Source of the DNA: Gemmatimonadota bacterium
Lineage (GTDB): Bacteria; Gemmatimonadota; Gemmatimonadetes; Gemmatimonadales; JACORV01
NCBI GenBank assembly: GCA_041484135.1
Contig: JBGPHD010000003.1
Span: 1-47,629 of the forward strand
Length of the DNA: 47,629 bases
Direction of reading: 5' to 3'
Shown here: piece by piece, positions 39,643 to 47,629 of the stretch
Layout of the letters: each line of letters opens with the position of its first letter
Numbering within the stretch: the stretch's first letter is position 1
Notes under the pieces: model-generated
The model's input: only the letters and a program-made list of their open reading frames with translations
The model's database searches: none
Told to the model about the DNA's origin: nothing
Program-made: the position numbers and the translations under genes

Positions 39643-40896
39643 GTGAAGATCCATCCGATACGACGGCGAGCGGTCACGCTCGTCACGATGATACTGCTCT
39701 GGGGCGGCGCGCTCGCCGCGCAGACCCCGGCCGACTCGGTGGCGCGCCGCCAGCAACGCACGCTCGACTCGCTGGCCGCGGCCCTCCGGGCCCTCCAGGC
39801 CCGGCTCGACAGCCTGGCCCGCGCGCGGGCGGACACGGCGCCGACCGACGACCTGGCCGCGCTGCGCGCCGCGGCCGCCGCCGCCGCGCCCGATTCGGGG
39901 ACGGCCAGCGCACCACGCCAGGCCCGCTTGGGCCAGAACGCACTCAACCCCGAGATCAGTGTCACCGCCATTGTGCACGCGGGCGTAGACCGACCGGGGC
40001 CGCAGGCTGAGCCCTTCAGCGCGCGTGAGTTCGAGTTCTCGTTCCAGTCCGCGCTCGATCCATACTCGTACACCAAGATCTTCCTCTCGGTCACGGACGA
40101 GGGGGCGGAGGTCGAGGAAGGCTATGCCTTCTGGTCCGGACTTCCCGGCCACACCCGGCTCGACGTCGGCCGGCTGCGCCAGCCGCTCGGCGAGCTGAAC
40201 CGGTGGCACCGGCATGCGCTGCCGGAGGGCGAGTTGCCGCTCGTGCATCAGCGCTACCTCGGCGGCACGGAAGGATTGAAAGGCACCGGCGTCTCACTCT
40301 ACGCGCCGCTGCCCATCTCCGGCCGGGCGGGAACCTACGAGTGGTACGGCCAGGTCACGCAGGGCACGAACGATTCCCTGTTCCTGGGCGGCAACCGGCC
40401 GAGCTTTCTGTCCGCGCTGTCGGGGTTCTGGCAGTTCACGCGTTCCACCTTCGCGCAGGTAAGCGTGTCCGGGGCCTACGGGACCAATCCCGACTCCAGC
40501 CTCAAGACGACGATCGGCGCGCTCGCGGTCCGCTTCACGTGGCGCCCGCCGGCCGAGGGCACGCGTCGTGAGTTCACGACGCGGGGGGAGCTGTTCGCGC
40601 TCCACCGCCGGTTCGCCGGCACCGGACCGGCCCGCCTTGGCGGGTACCTCGCCGCCTACTGGCGGCTCGACCGCCGCTGGATCGTCGGGGTGCGCGGCGA
40701 CTACGTTCAGTCCCCGGATCCCGTCGTCGCGGCACACGAGTGGGAGCTCCACTCGACGCTCACGTTCTGGCAGAGCGAATTCGTCTACCTTCGCGCCGAA
40801 TTCACCCACCACCGCGATGTCGCCGGCTTCAACTCCGAACGCCTTGCTCTCCACGCCGTCTGGGCCATGGGGCCCCACAAACACGAGCTCTTCTAA
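39643..40896 (+). CDS. Outer-membrane beta-barrel protein associated with metal ABC uptake
   Basis: Signal peptide, coiled coil, LNPEISV, REFEFSFQSALDPY, EVEEGY, NRWHRH, His-rich end GPHKHELF. Confidence 0.75.
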   Translation: MKIHPIRRRAVTLVTMILLWGGALAAQTPADSVARRQQRTLDSLAAALRALQARLDSLARARADTAPTDDLAALRAAAAAAAPDSGTASAPRQARLGQNALNPEISVTAIVHAGVDRPGPQAEPFSAREFEFSFQSALDPYSYTKIFLSVTDEGAEVEEGYAFWSGLPGHTRLDVGRLRQPLGELNRWHRHALPEGELPLVHQRYLGGTEGLKGTGVSLYAPLPISGRAGTYEWYGQVTQGTNDSLFLGGNRPSFLSALSGFWQFTRSTFAQVSVSGAYGTNPDSSLKTTIGALAVRFTWRPPAEGTRREFTTRGELFALHRRFAGTGPARLGGYLAAYWRLDRRWIVGVRGDYVQSPDPVVAAHEWELHSTLTFWQSEFVYLRAEFTHHRDVAGFNSERLALHAVWAMGPHKHELF

Positions 40897-41940
40897 ATGA
40901 CTACCATGCTGCTCTCCGCGCTCACCGTCGCCGCCGCCCTGACGACGCCACCCAACCCCGTCCGGGTCGTGACCTCACTCACGACCTACGCCGCCATCAC
41001 CCGCGAGATCACGGGTGACCGCGCCACCGTCACCTCCATCGCCGAGGGGGATGAGGATCCGCATTTCGTGCAGCCGCGTCCCAGCTTCGTGCCGGCGCTG
41101 CGCGACGCGGACCTCTTCGTCAGCACCGGGATGGACCTCGAGCTGTGGGTCCCGGCCTTGCTCGACCGTGCCGGGAACGCGAACGTCCGCGAAGGCGGCC
41201 GGGGCTACGTCGCCGCGTACCAGGGCATCCACATCCTCGAGATACCCACTTCTTTGAGCCGCGCGCAGGGCGACATTCACGTGGACGGCAACCCGCACAT
41301 CTGGTCCGACCCGATCAGCGCGATCATCATCGCGCGCAACATCCTGGCGGGTCTCCAGCGGGTCTCGCCCGAGAACAGCGCCTTCTTCGCCGGGCGCGAG
41401 CAGGACTTCGAGCTGCGCATCCTACGCGCCACCTTCGGCGAGGAGCTGGTGCGGATCGTCACGCCGGCCGCGCTCTTCGGCCTCGCCAACAGCGACCGCC
41501 TGTTGCCGTTCCTCCAGAGCACCAACTACCAGGGCCATCCGCTGATCAGCCGCCTGGGTGGGTGGATGCAGCAGGCCCAGGCGTTCCGCGGGCGTGAGAT
41601 GGTCTGCTACCACAAGGAATGGAGCTACTTCTCCAACCGGTACGGCGTGCAGTGCGTCGAGTACATCGAGGCGAAGCCCGGCATCCCGCCGACGCCGCGG
41701 CACGTCCAGGATGTGATCGCGCTGATGCGCGACCGGCACATTCCGGTCCTCTTCGCCGCGAACTACTTCGACCGGAGCCAGATCCAGCAGGTGGCCGAGC
41801 GGACCGGGGCGACGGCGGTCGTCGTGCCGGCCATGACGAATGGCGCGCCCGGGATCACCACGTACTTCGACCTCATGAACACCTGGATCACCCAGCTGGC
41901 GCAGGGGTTCGCCGGCACGGCCGCGACGGGGGCGAGGTGA
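40897..41940 (+). CDS. Metal ABC transporter substrate-binding protein (ZnuA/TroA cluster A-I)
   Basis: EDPHFV, ADLFVSTGMDLE, GNPHIWSDP, YHKEWSYF, EAKPGIPPTPRH. Confidence 0.92.
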   Translation: MTTMLLSALTVAAALTTPPNPVRVVTSLTTYAAITREITGDRATVTSIAEGDEDPHFVQPRPSFVPALRDADLFVSTGMDLELWVPALLDRAGNANVREGGRGYVAAYQGIHILEIPTSLSRAQGDIHVDGNPHIWSDPISAIIIARNILAGLQRVSPENSAFFAGREQDFELRILRATFGEELVRIVTPAALFGLANSDRLLPFLQSTNYQGHPLISRLGGWMQQAQAFRGREMVCYHKEWSYFSNRYGVQCVEYIEAKPGIPPTPRHVQDVIALMRDRHIPVLFAANYFDRSQIQQVAERTGATAVVVPAMTNGAPGITTYFDLMNTWITQLAQGFAGTAATGAR

Positions 41941-42788
41941 GCGCCTTCCTCGAGATCATGCTCGCGCCCTTCGTGGCGTGCATGATCCTGGTCGCGGTCC
42001 ATTCGTACCTGGGGCTCCACGTCATCTCGCGCGAGGTGATCTTCGTGGACCTCTCCCTGGCGCAGATGGCGGCGCTCGGCACGACCATCGCCCTGTTCCT
42101 CGGCGTGGCGCGCACCTCGCCGTGGGCGCAGGCGTTCGCGCTCGCCGCCACGGTGCTCGGCGCGGCGGTCTTCGCCGCCACCCGCACCAAGAACCACGGC
42201 CGCGTGCCGCAGGAGGCCATCATCGGCATCGTGTACGTGGTCGCCTCCGCCGCCGCGATCCTGGTAGCCAACCAGACCCCGAGCGGCGGCGAGGCCATCA
42301 AGGAGATCCTCGAGGGCACCGTCCTCTGGGTCACCTGGGCCACGATCCTCAAGCTGCTGATCGCGTATGTCGTGCTGGGGACGTATTTCTTCATCATGCG
42401 CCGGCGATTCGAGACCATCTCCTTCGAGCCCGTGGTGGCCGAGTCGAAGGGCTGGCACATGCGGTGGTGGGACTTCTGGTTCTACCTCGGCTTCGGCATC
42501 GTGATCACCTTCTCGGTGCCGATCGCCGGCGTGCCGCTGGTGTTCAGCTTCCTGGTCGTGCCGGCCGTCACGGCGTTCCTCTTCACCAGGAAACCGCTCC
42601 TGCTCACCCTGATCGCCTGGGTGACCGGCGCGGTGGCGTCCGCCACCGGCCTCGCGGTCTCCTACTGGAGCGACTGGCCCACCGGGCCGACCATCGTCTG
42701 CACCTTCGGCCTGGTGCTGCTGATCGCCGCGATGGGGAGGCGGCTCTTCAGTGGACCGGCGGAAGCCCCGGAGGCTCCGGCCGCGTGA
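41937..42788 (+). CDS. Metal ABC transporter permease (ZnuB/MntB-like)
   Basis: YLGLHVISREVIFVDLSLAQMAALG, EAIIGIVY, DWPTGPTIV, multiple TM helices; GTGA overlap. Confidence 0.9.
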   Translation: MSAFLEIMLAPFVACMILVAVHSYLGLHVISREVIFVDLSLAQMAALGTTIALFLGVARTSPWAQAFALAATVLGAAVFAATRTKNHGRVPQEAIIGIVYVVASAAAILVANQTPSGGEAIKEILEGTVLWVTWATILKLLIAYVVLGTYFFIMRRRFETISFEPVVAESKGWHMRWWDFWFYLGFGIVITFSVPIAGVPLVFSFLVVPAVTAFLFTRKPLLLTLIAWVTGAVASATGLAVSYWSDWPTGPTIVCTFGLVLLIAAMGRRLFSGPAEAPEAPAA

Positions 42789-43483
42789 GCTGGCCGTCGC
42801 CTTCGCGTCGCGCGGGGATCCTCGCGCGGCTCTCGCTCGCGGCGGGCGCCGCCGGCCTCGCGGCCGCGATCGCCTGCCACGACACCACCGGCACCAGCGC
42901 CTGCTTCGAGCCTAACGCCTCAGGGTACCAGTTCAGCCTCGCCGCCGACACCGGCTTCGTGTTCCGCTGGCCCGGCAGCTACATGCCGGTGCGCGTGTAT
43001 GCCGAGGACGTGGGCGAGCTCCAGGCCAACACCGCGGCGGCCATGCAGCTCTGGGTGAACGCCTTCCGGTGCAGCGAGCTTTCGATGGTGACCGTGACCG
43101 ACTCCACCAAGGCCGACATCATCGTGCGGAACCCGGCGTTCCTGCCCCCTGTCGCCGGCGCCGTGGTCGTCGCGGCCGACTCGGTGGGCGCGTGCCGGGG
43201 CGTCACCACCGACAGCACCTTCACCGGTCTCTCCACGCTGGCGGAGCCGGTCCGCGTGTTCGTCGCCCCGGTCTCCGTCGACTCCGCCGCCGTCGCGGCC
43301 TGCTACCATTTCGTGACGGCGCACGAGCTGGGGCACGCGCTGGGCCTGCTCTCCCACAGCCCCGACACCCTGGACATCATGTATACCCAGCCCCGGCGCC
43401 GGGTCCTCTCCGAGGCCGACAAGTTCACCATCCAGGTCCTCTACCACGCCGCGCCGACCATCGGACCGCCGCCCCGGCAATGA
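42785..43483 (+). CDS. Matrixin (M10-like) zinc metalloprotease lipoprotein
   Basis: Lipobox AIAC, HELGHALGLLSHS, Met-turn DIM, LSEADK. Confidence 0.85.
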   Translation: MSWPSPSRRAGILARLSLAAGAAGLAAAIACHDTTGTSACFEPNASGYQFSLAADTGFVFRWPGSYMPVRVYAEDVGELQANTAAAMQLWVNAFRCSELSMVTVTDSTKADIIVRNPAFLPPVAGAVVVAADSVGACRGVTTDSTFTGLSTLAEPVRVFVAPVSVDSAAVAACYHFVTAHELGHALGLLSHSPDTLDIMYTQPRRRVLSEADKFTIQVLYHAAPTIGPPPRQ

Positions 43484-44133
43484 CCCGCGCCCGCGCGATC
43501 ACCGAGGCGGAGGTCCGCCGCGCCGCGGGCGCCTCACGCACGCTGGCGGTGGCGAAGGGCACGGTGGTGACGCCGGCTGCGAGAGATCTGGCGAAGCAGC
43601 TGGGGGTGGCGCTCGTAAGTCAGAGTGACGTGAGCCGGGAGCCGGGAGCCGGACCGTCGGCGCCCGACGCGGGTCCGGCTCCCGCCTCCCGGCTCCCCGT
43701 CATCGCCCTCGGCGCCGACCACGGCGGCTTCCCGATGAAGGAGCACCTCAAGACCGTCCTCACCGAGCTGGGATACAATGTCCTAGACGTGGGCACGAAC
43801 GGCACCGCGGCGGTCGACTATCCCGACTTCGCCGTTCGGGTCGCGCGCGCGGTGGCGGAGGCGCGGGCGTGGCGGGGGATCATGGTGGACGGCGCCGGGA
43901 TTGGCAGCTCGATGGCCGCGAACAAGGTCGCCGGTATCCGCGCGGCGCTCTGCTACGACCTCACCACCGCGCAGAACGCGCGCGAGCACAACGACGCCAA
44001 CGTGTTGACGTTAGGTGGCACGCTGCTCGGCCCCCGGCTCGCCGCCGAGATCGTGCGCGCCTTCCTCGCCACTCCGTTCGGCGGGGGGCGGCACCAGCGC
44101 CGCGTCGACAAGATCAACGCCCTGGACCGCTGA
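43480..44133 (+). CDS. rpiB: RpiB/LacA/LacB sugar-phosphate isomerase with an extra N-terminal domain
   Basis: IALGADHGG, VDYPDFA, AANKVAGIRAA, AREHNDANVL, GGRHQRRVDKI. Confidence 0.88.
   Translation: MTRARAITEAEVRRAAGASRTLAVAKGTVVTPAARDLAKQLGVALVSQSDVSREPGAGPSAPDAGPAPASRLPVIALGADHGGFPMKEHLKTVLTELGYNVLDVGTNGTAAVDYPDFAVRVARAVAEARAWRGIMVDGAGIGSSMAANKVAGIRAALCYDLTTAQNAREHNDANVLTLGGTLLGPRLAAEIVRAFLATPFGGGRHQRRVDKINALDR
43632..43695. repeat. 24-bp inverted repeat built from GGAGCCG heptamers, in frame in the rpiB linker
   Basis: GAGCCGGGAGCCGGGAGCCGGACC (43632-43655) versus GGTCCGGCTCCCGCCTCCCGGCTC (43672-43695): 23/24 complementary. Confidence 0.85.
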
Positions 44134-44477
44134 TGCGCCTGCGCCGCCTCGCCCTTCGCCTCAAGGCGCTGCTCCTCCTCGCGACGTTCGTGGGCAGCGG
44201 CCTTCCGACGGCGCTCGACGTGGCGCTGCACCACCTGCGCCCCGGGCTGGCGGCACCGCTACCGCACCTCGACCCGCCGGGCGGCTGCCACAGCCACGCC
44301 GAGCACTGCCTGCTGCGCGGGCACGACTCCGCCCTGCGCTTCGCGGTCACGAAGGTCCCGCTCCGCCTCGCTGCCCAGCGCGCCGAGCGCCTCGGCCTCC
44401 TGCCGGGAGACGATCCGCGCCCCCGGCTCCTTCCCTTCCTCCATCACTCGCGAGCCCCTCCGCAGCCGTTGGTCTGA
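44133..44477 (+). CDS. Second His/Cys-rich RAPP leader protein, upstream of the TonB-dependent receptor
   Basis: ATG overlaps the rpiB stop (TGATG); hydrophobic N-terminus; HH...H...CHSHAEHC; ends HHSRAPPQPLV. Confidence 0.78.
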   Translation: MRLRRLALRLKALLLLATFVGSGLPTALDVALHHLRPGLAAPLPHLDPPGGCHSHAEHCLLRGHDSALRFAVTKVPLRLAAQRAERLGLLPGDDPRPRLLPFLHHSRAPPQPLV

Positions 44478-44547
44478 CCGTTCCCTGACATCAGACAACG
44501 AGACCGCGCCCCGCCGCCGTTGCGGCGCGGTGCGACCACCTACGGAG
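44458..44547 (+). promoter_or_regulatory. Predicted SD-sequestering RNA structure upstream of the TBDR
   Basis: CTCCGCAG (44458-44465, includes the PP codons) pairs 7/8 with CTACGGAG (44540-44547, SD). Inner hairpins at 44467-44500 and 44503-44531. Confidence 0.55.
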
Positions 44548-44552
44548 ATGCC

Positions 44553-46811
44553 ATGTCACCGCTCTTCATCGCGGCGGCGCTTGCCATGTCGGCAGGCCTG
44601 CCCACGACCACCTCCCCCGTCGATCCCCCGCCCACGCGCGCCGTCTCCGGGCGCGTCACCGATCCTTCCGGCGCGCCCCTCGCGGACGTCCGCGTCAGCG
44701 TTCTCGAGGCCCGCCGCTCGACCTCCACCGACGACTCCGGGCGCTACCGCGTCGCCGAGCTGTCGCGTGGCACCTTCACGGTGTCGTTCCGCTCCATCGG
44801 CCACCGACCCGAGACGCGGCGGGTCACGCTCACCACCGCGAATGTCACCCTCGACGTCGTGATGCAGGTAACGCTGGTCGAGCTGGACGCCTTGCAGGTC
44901 ACCGCCACGCCCACCGCCACCGACGCGCTCGCCTCACCGCAACCCGTGGCGGCGCGCGGCGGCGAGGAGCTGGCCGCCAGCCAGGCCCCGACCCTCGGTG
45001 AGACCATCCAGGGCATGCCGGGCGTGCGCAACTCGAGCACCGGCGTCGGTATCGGCAAGCCGGTGATCCGCGGGCTCACCTCCAACCGCGTCCTCATCCT
45101 CGACAACGGCCAGCGCCTCGAGACCCAGCAATGGGGCGACGAGCACGCCCCTAATCTCGAGACCGTGGACGCAGACCACATCGAAGTGCTGCGCGGACCG
45201 GCCAGCGTGCTCTACGGCTCCGATGCCCTGGGCGGCGTGGTCAACGTGGTGCGCCCCGAGCTGCCGGACGCCATCGGGCGGCCGGCGTTCGTGCACCTGA
45301 CGGCGGCCGGCGGCTACGGCACCAACAACCGGGAGCCCGACGGCTCCCTGACCGTCAGCGGCGCGAGCGGCCACGTCGGCTTCCGCGGCGGGCTCACCGG
45401 CCGCACCAGCGAGAACGTCCGGACGCCGTCGTACACGCTTTGGAACAGCGGCAATCGCGCCACGGGCGGCAACGGGGCGCTCGGCATCCGCGGCGCATGG
45501 GGCTCGGCGTCGGCCACATACTCGCGCCGTGTCGAGCACATCCAGCTCACCGACCTGGACAGCACGGCGACACCCAACCAGCGCATCGGCACCGACGTCG
45601 GCCGGGTTGAACTCGCCCTCCCCCTCGGCCCCTCCCGGCTGGAGGTCACCGGCGGATGGGAACGCAGCCGCCGACGCGAGTTCGAGGAGGACACGTCCAC
45701 CGCGGTCGTGCTGGGCCTCCTTCAGACGACGTATACCACCGATGTGCACTTCCACCACGCACCGCTCGGCCGGGTGAACGGGACTCTCGGCTTCTCAGGC
45801 GTGCGGACGACCTTCGACAAGTCCGGCGAGGAAACATTGATCCCGAACTCCCGGACAACCAGCGCCGGGGTGTACGCCTTCGAGCAAACGGAAACGGGAC
45901 GCTGGGGACTCTCGGCGGGACTGCGGTACGACTATCGCCGGCTGGATGTGGACGACGACACCGTCATCGCCGTGACAGCGCAGCAACGCACCTATAGCTC
46001 GGCAACGGGCAACGTCGGCCTGCTCTACCGCGTCTCCGAGCCTGTCGCGCTGGTGCTGAACGTGGGCCGCGGCTTCCGGGCGCCTTCCACCTTCGACCTG
46101 TTCTCCAACGGCGTGCACGAGGGTACATCGGCCTTCGAGCGTGGCGACCCGACGCTCCGCAACGAGACCTCGCTCAACACCGACATCGCGCTGCGCGTGC
46201 GCACCGCCGACATGCTGCTGGTGGTCGGGGCGTTCCTCAACGCGATCCAGAACTACATCTACACCGTCCCGACCGGCACCAGCGACTCGGCGTCCGGCTT
46301 CGAGATCTTCGACGTGACGCAGGGGGACGCCCGCCTGACCGGAGGCGAGCTCTCCGTGGAGTACCACCCGGCACGCGCCATTCACGTCAGCGCGAGCGCG
46401 GACTACGTGCGGGGCCAGAACACCACCACGGGCAGTCCGGTCCCCAAGATGCCGCCGCTGCGGGCAACGTACGGGATCCGCTACGAGCCTCGCGGGCGCG
46501 GCGCCATCCGCAGTCCCTTCCTTCAGGTGAGCGGCGAAACGAACGCCCGTCAGACGCGCCTCGATCCCGCAGAGGCCCAGTTCTACGCCGCCGCGTTCGG
46601 CGGCGTCGGCTATCAGTCCGCGGCGTATAGCCTCTTCAATGCAGGCGGCGGCTTCGACGTGGCGGGCGGCGGGCGAACGCTCCACTTCTCGGTGGCGCTG
46701 CATAACGTCTTCAACACCTCCTATGCGGAGTATCTCAGCCGCATCAAGACCAACGCGCGTAACCCCGGCATGGGGCGCACCCTAAACGGGAGGGTTTCAA
46801 TCGACTTCTGA
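44553..46811 (+). CDS. TonB-dependent receptor with N-terminal carboxypeptidase-regulatory-like domain, probably a transition-metal transporter
   Basis: Signal peptide, plug KPVIRG...QQWGDEH...IEVLRGPASVLYGSDALGGVVN, RGFRAPS, NGVHEG, C-terminal Phe; SD GGAG before ATG 44553. Confidence 0.93.
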   Translation: MSPLFIAAALAMSAGLPTTTSPVDPPPTRAVSGRVTDPSGAPLADVRVSVLEARRSTSTDDSGRYRVAELSRGTFTVSFRSIGHRPETRRVTLTTANVTLDVVMQVTLVELDALQVTATPTATDALASPQPVAARGGEELAASQAPTLGETIQGMPGVRNSSTGVGIGKPVIRGLTSNRVLILDNGQRLETQQWGDEHAPNLETVDADHIEVLRGPASVLYGSDALGGVVNVVRPELPDAIGRPAFVHLTAAGGYGTNNREPDGSLTVSGASGHVGFRGGLTGRTSENVRTPSYTLWNSGNRATGGNGALGIRGAWGSASATYSRRVEHIQLTDLDSTATPNQRIGTDVGRVELALPLGPSRLEVTGGWERSRRREFEEDTSTAVVLGLLQTTYTTDVHFHHAPLGRVNGTLGFSGVRTTFDKSGEETLIPNSRTTSAGVYAFEQTETGRWGLSAGLRYDYRRLDVDDDTVIAVTAQQRTYSSATGNVGLLYRVSEPVALVLNVGRGFRAPSTFDLFSNGVHEGTSAFERGDPTLRNETSLNTDIALRVRTADMLLVVGAFLNAIQNYIYTVPTGTSDSASGFEIFDVTQGDARLTGGELSVEYHPARAIHVSASADYVRGQNTTTGSPVPKMPPLRATYGIRYEPRGRGAIRSPFLQVSGETNARQTRLDPAEAQFYAAAFGGVGYQSAAYSLFNAGGGFDVAGGGRTLHFSVALHNVFNTSYAEYLSRIKTNARNPGMGRTLNGRVSIDF

Positions 46812-46817
46812 AGCGAA

Positions 46818-46857
46818 GGCGGTGGCGGGCGGCGCCGATTCGCCGCTCGCCGCCGCC
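46818..46857 (+). terminator. GC-rich 17-bp hairpin just after the TBDR stop
   Basis: GGCGGTGGCGGGCGGCG-CCGATT-CGCCGCTCGCCGCCGCC with G-U pairs. No U-tract, so it could be a stability element instead. Confidence 0.4.
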
Positions 46858-46982
46858 GCCGGGCGGGACAACATGTCCTGAGCACGCGAATACCGGGCGC
46901 GTTCCTCGCCCATCGGCTCGCGCCTGGCCGCCCGTTCGTCGGCACACGGATTGCACCGGATGAGGTTGACCCGGAGGAATCG

Positions 46983-47629
46983 ATGGCCGTACGCCGACAG
47001 GAAGCACTCGACTATCATGCCGGGCATCGGCCCGGCAAGATCCAGATCGCGATCACCAAGCCCTGCAAGACCCAGCGCGATCTCTCCCTCGCCTACACGC
47101 CTGGCGTCGCCGAGCCGTGTCTCGACATCCAGAAGACCCCCGACGACGCGTTCAAGTACACCGCCCGCGGCAACCTCGTCGCGGTAGTGTCCAACGGGAC
47201 CGCCGTGCTGGGGCTCGGGGACATCGGGCCGCTCGCCGGCAAGCCGGTGATGGAGGGCAAGGGCGTCCTCTTCAAGACCTTCGCCGACGTGGACGTCTTC
47301 GACCTCGAGATCAACGCACCCACGGCGGGCGAGTGCATCGCCTTCTGCGAGATGCTCGAGCCCACGGTGGGCGGCATCAACCTCGAGGACATCAAGGCCC
47401 CCGAGTGCTTCGAGGTCGAGGAGACCCTGAAGGCGCGCCTCGCCATCCCGGTCTTCCACGACGACCAGCACGGCACCGCGATCATCTCGGGCGCCGCGCT
47501 CCTCAACGCCGCGGAGGTCACCGGCCGCAAACTCGCCGACCTCAAGGTCGTCTTCAGCGGCGCCGGCGCCTCGGCCATCGCCACGGCGAACCACTACGTG
47601 CGGCTCGGCGTCACGCTCGAGCACATCAC
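46983..47629 (+). CDS. maeB: NADP-dependent malic enzyme (5' part; runs off the window)
   Basis: SD GGAGGA; [12 protein letters not shown]...PGKI...[17 protein letters not shown]...NGTAVLGLG...[12 protein letters not shown]...[12 protein letters not shown]...[10 protein letters not shown]. Confidence 0.95.
   Translation, partial: MAVRRQEALDYHAGHRPGKIQIAITKPCKTQRDLSLAYTPGVAEPCLDIQKTPDDAFKYTARGNLVAVVSNGTAVLGLGDIGPLAGKPVMEGKGVLFKTFADVDVFDLEINAPTAGECIAFCEMLEPTVGGINLEDIKAPECFEVEETLKARLAIPVFHDDQHGTAIISGAALLNAAEVTGRKLADLKVVFSGAGASAIATANHYVRLGVTLEHI

Noticed and set aside
1-47629. Many long overlapping or antisense ORFs in the six-frame track (for example 1842-3953 +, 4178-6127 +, 9725-11497 -, 31857-33806 -)
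   Set aside because: They are shadow frames of well-supported genes, expected at this GC content, Arg/Pro/Ala-rich and without family motifs.
1-47629. tRNA, rRNA, CRISPR array, integrase or transposase
   Set aside because: None recognised. Intergenic gaps are short and no repeat-spacer periodicity was seen. Small ncRNAs cannot be excluded by eye.

Overview
This is a 47.6-kb, very GC-rich (roughly 70%, by eye) bacterial chromosomal segment. Gene content and protein style suggest Gemmatimonadota; that is inference, not a search result. The housekeeping backbone runs pdxA(partial)-surA-PPIase-mfd-BatA-DUF58 (minus strand), then DUF4384, M28 peptidase, DUF72 and lepA, then GT9-ROK-PfkB-HATPase/STAS pair-PLP enzyme-ftsEX-envC, a MerR-like protein, a diguanylate cyclase, pcm, nfo, a metal-uptake cluster, rpiB, a TonB-dependent receptor and maeB(partial). 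Four things stand out. (1) A ~10.3-kb integrase-free island sits in the 3' end of lepA, with a diverged copy of the lepA tail marking its right edge. It encodes an ECF sigma factor, a zinc-finger anti-sigma, a probably exported TPR-CHAT caspase-like protein (in-frame amber stop, catalytic His->Tyr), an Ig/kelch lipoprotein, an M6 protease and a small lipoprotein. (2) Two His/Cys-rich leader ORFs ending in the RAPP ribosome-arrest motif precede two different metal-import units, and in each case the RAPP region can base-pair with the downstream Shine-Dalgarno. (3) A duplicated stop/start junction creates a 12-aa ORF in front of mfd. (4) An RCCTAAC motif recurs with a strand skew. No rRNA, tRNA, CRISPR array, integrase or transposase was seen.
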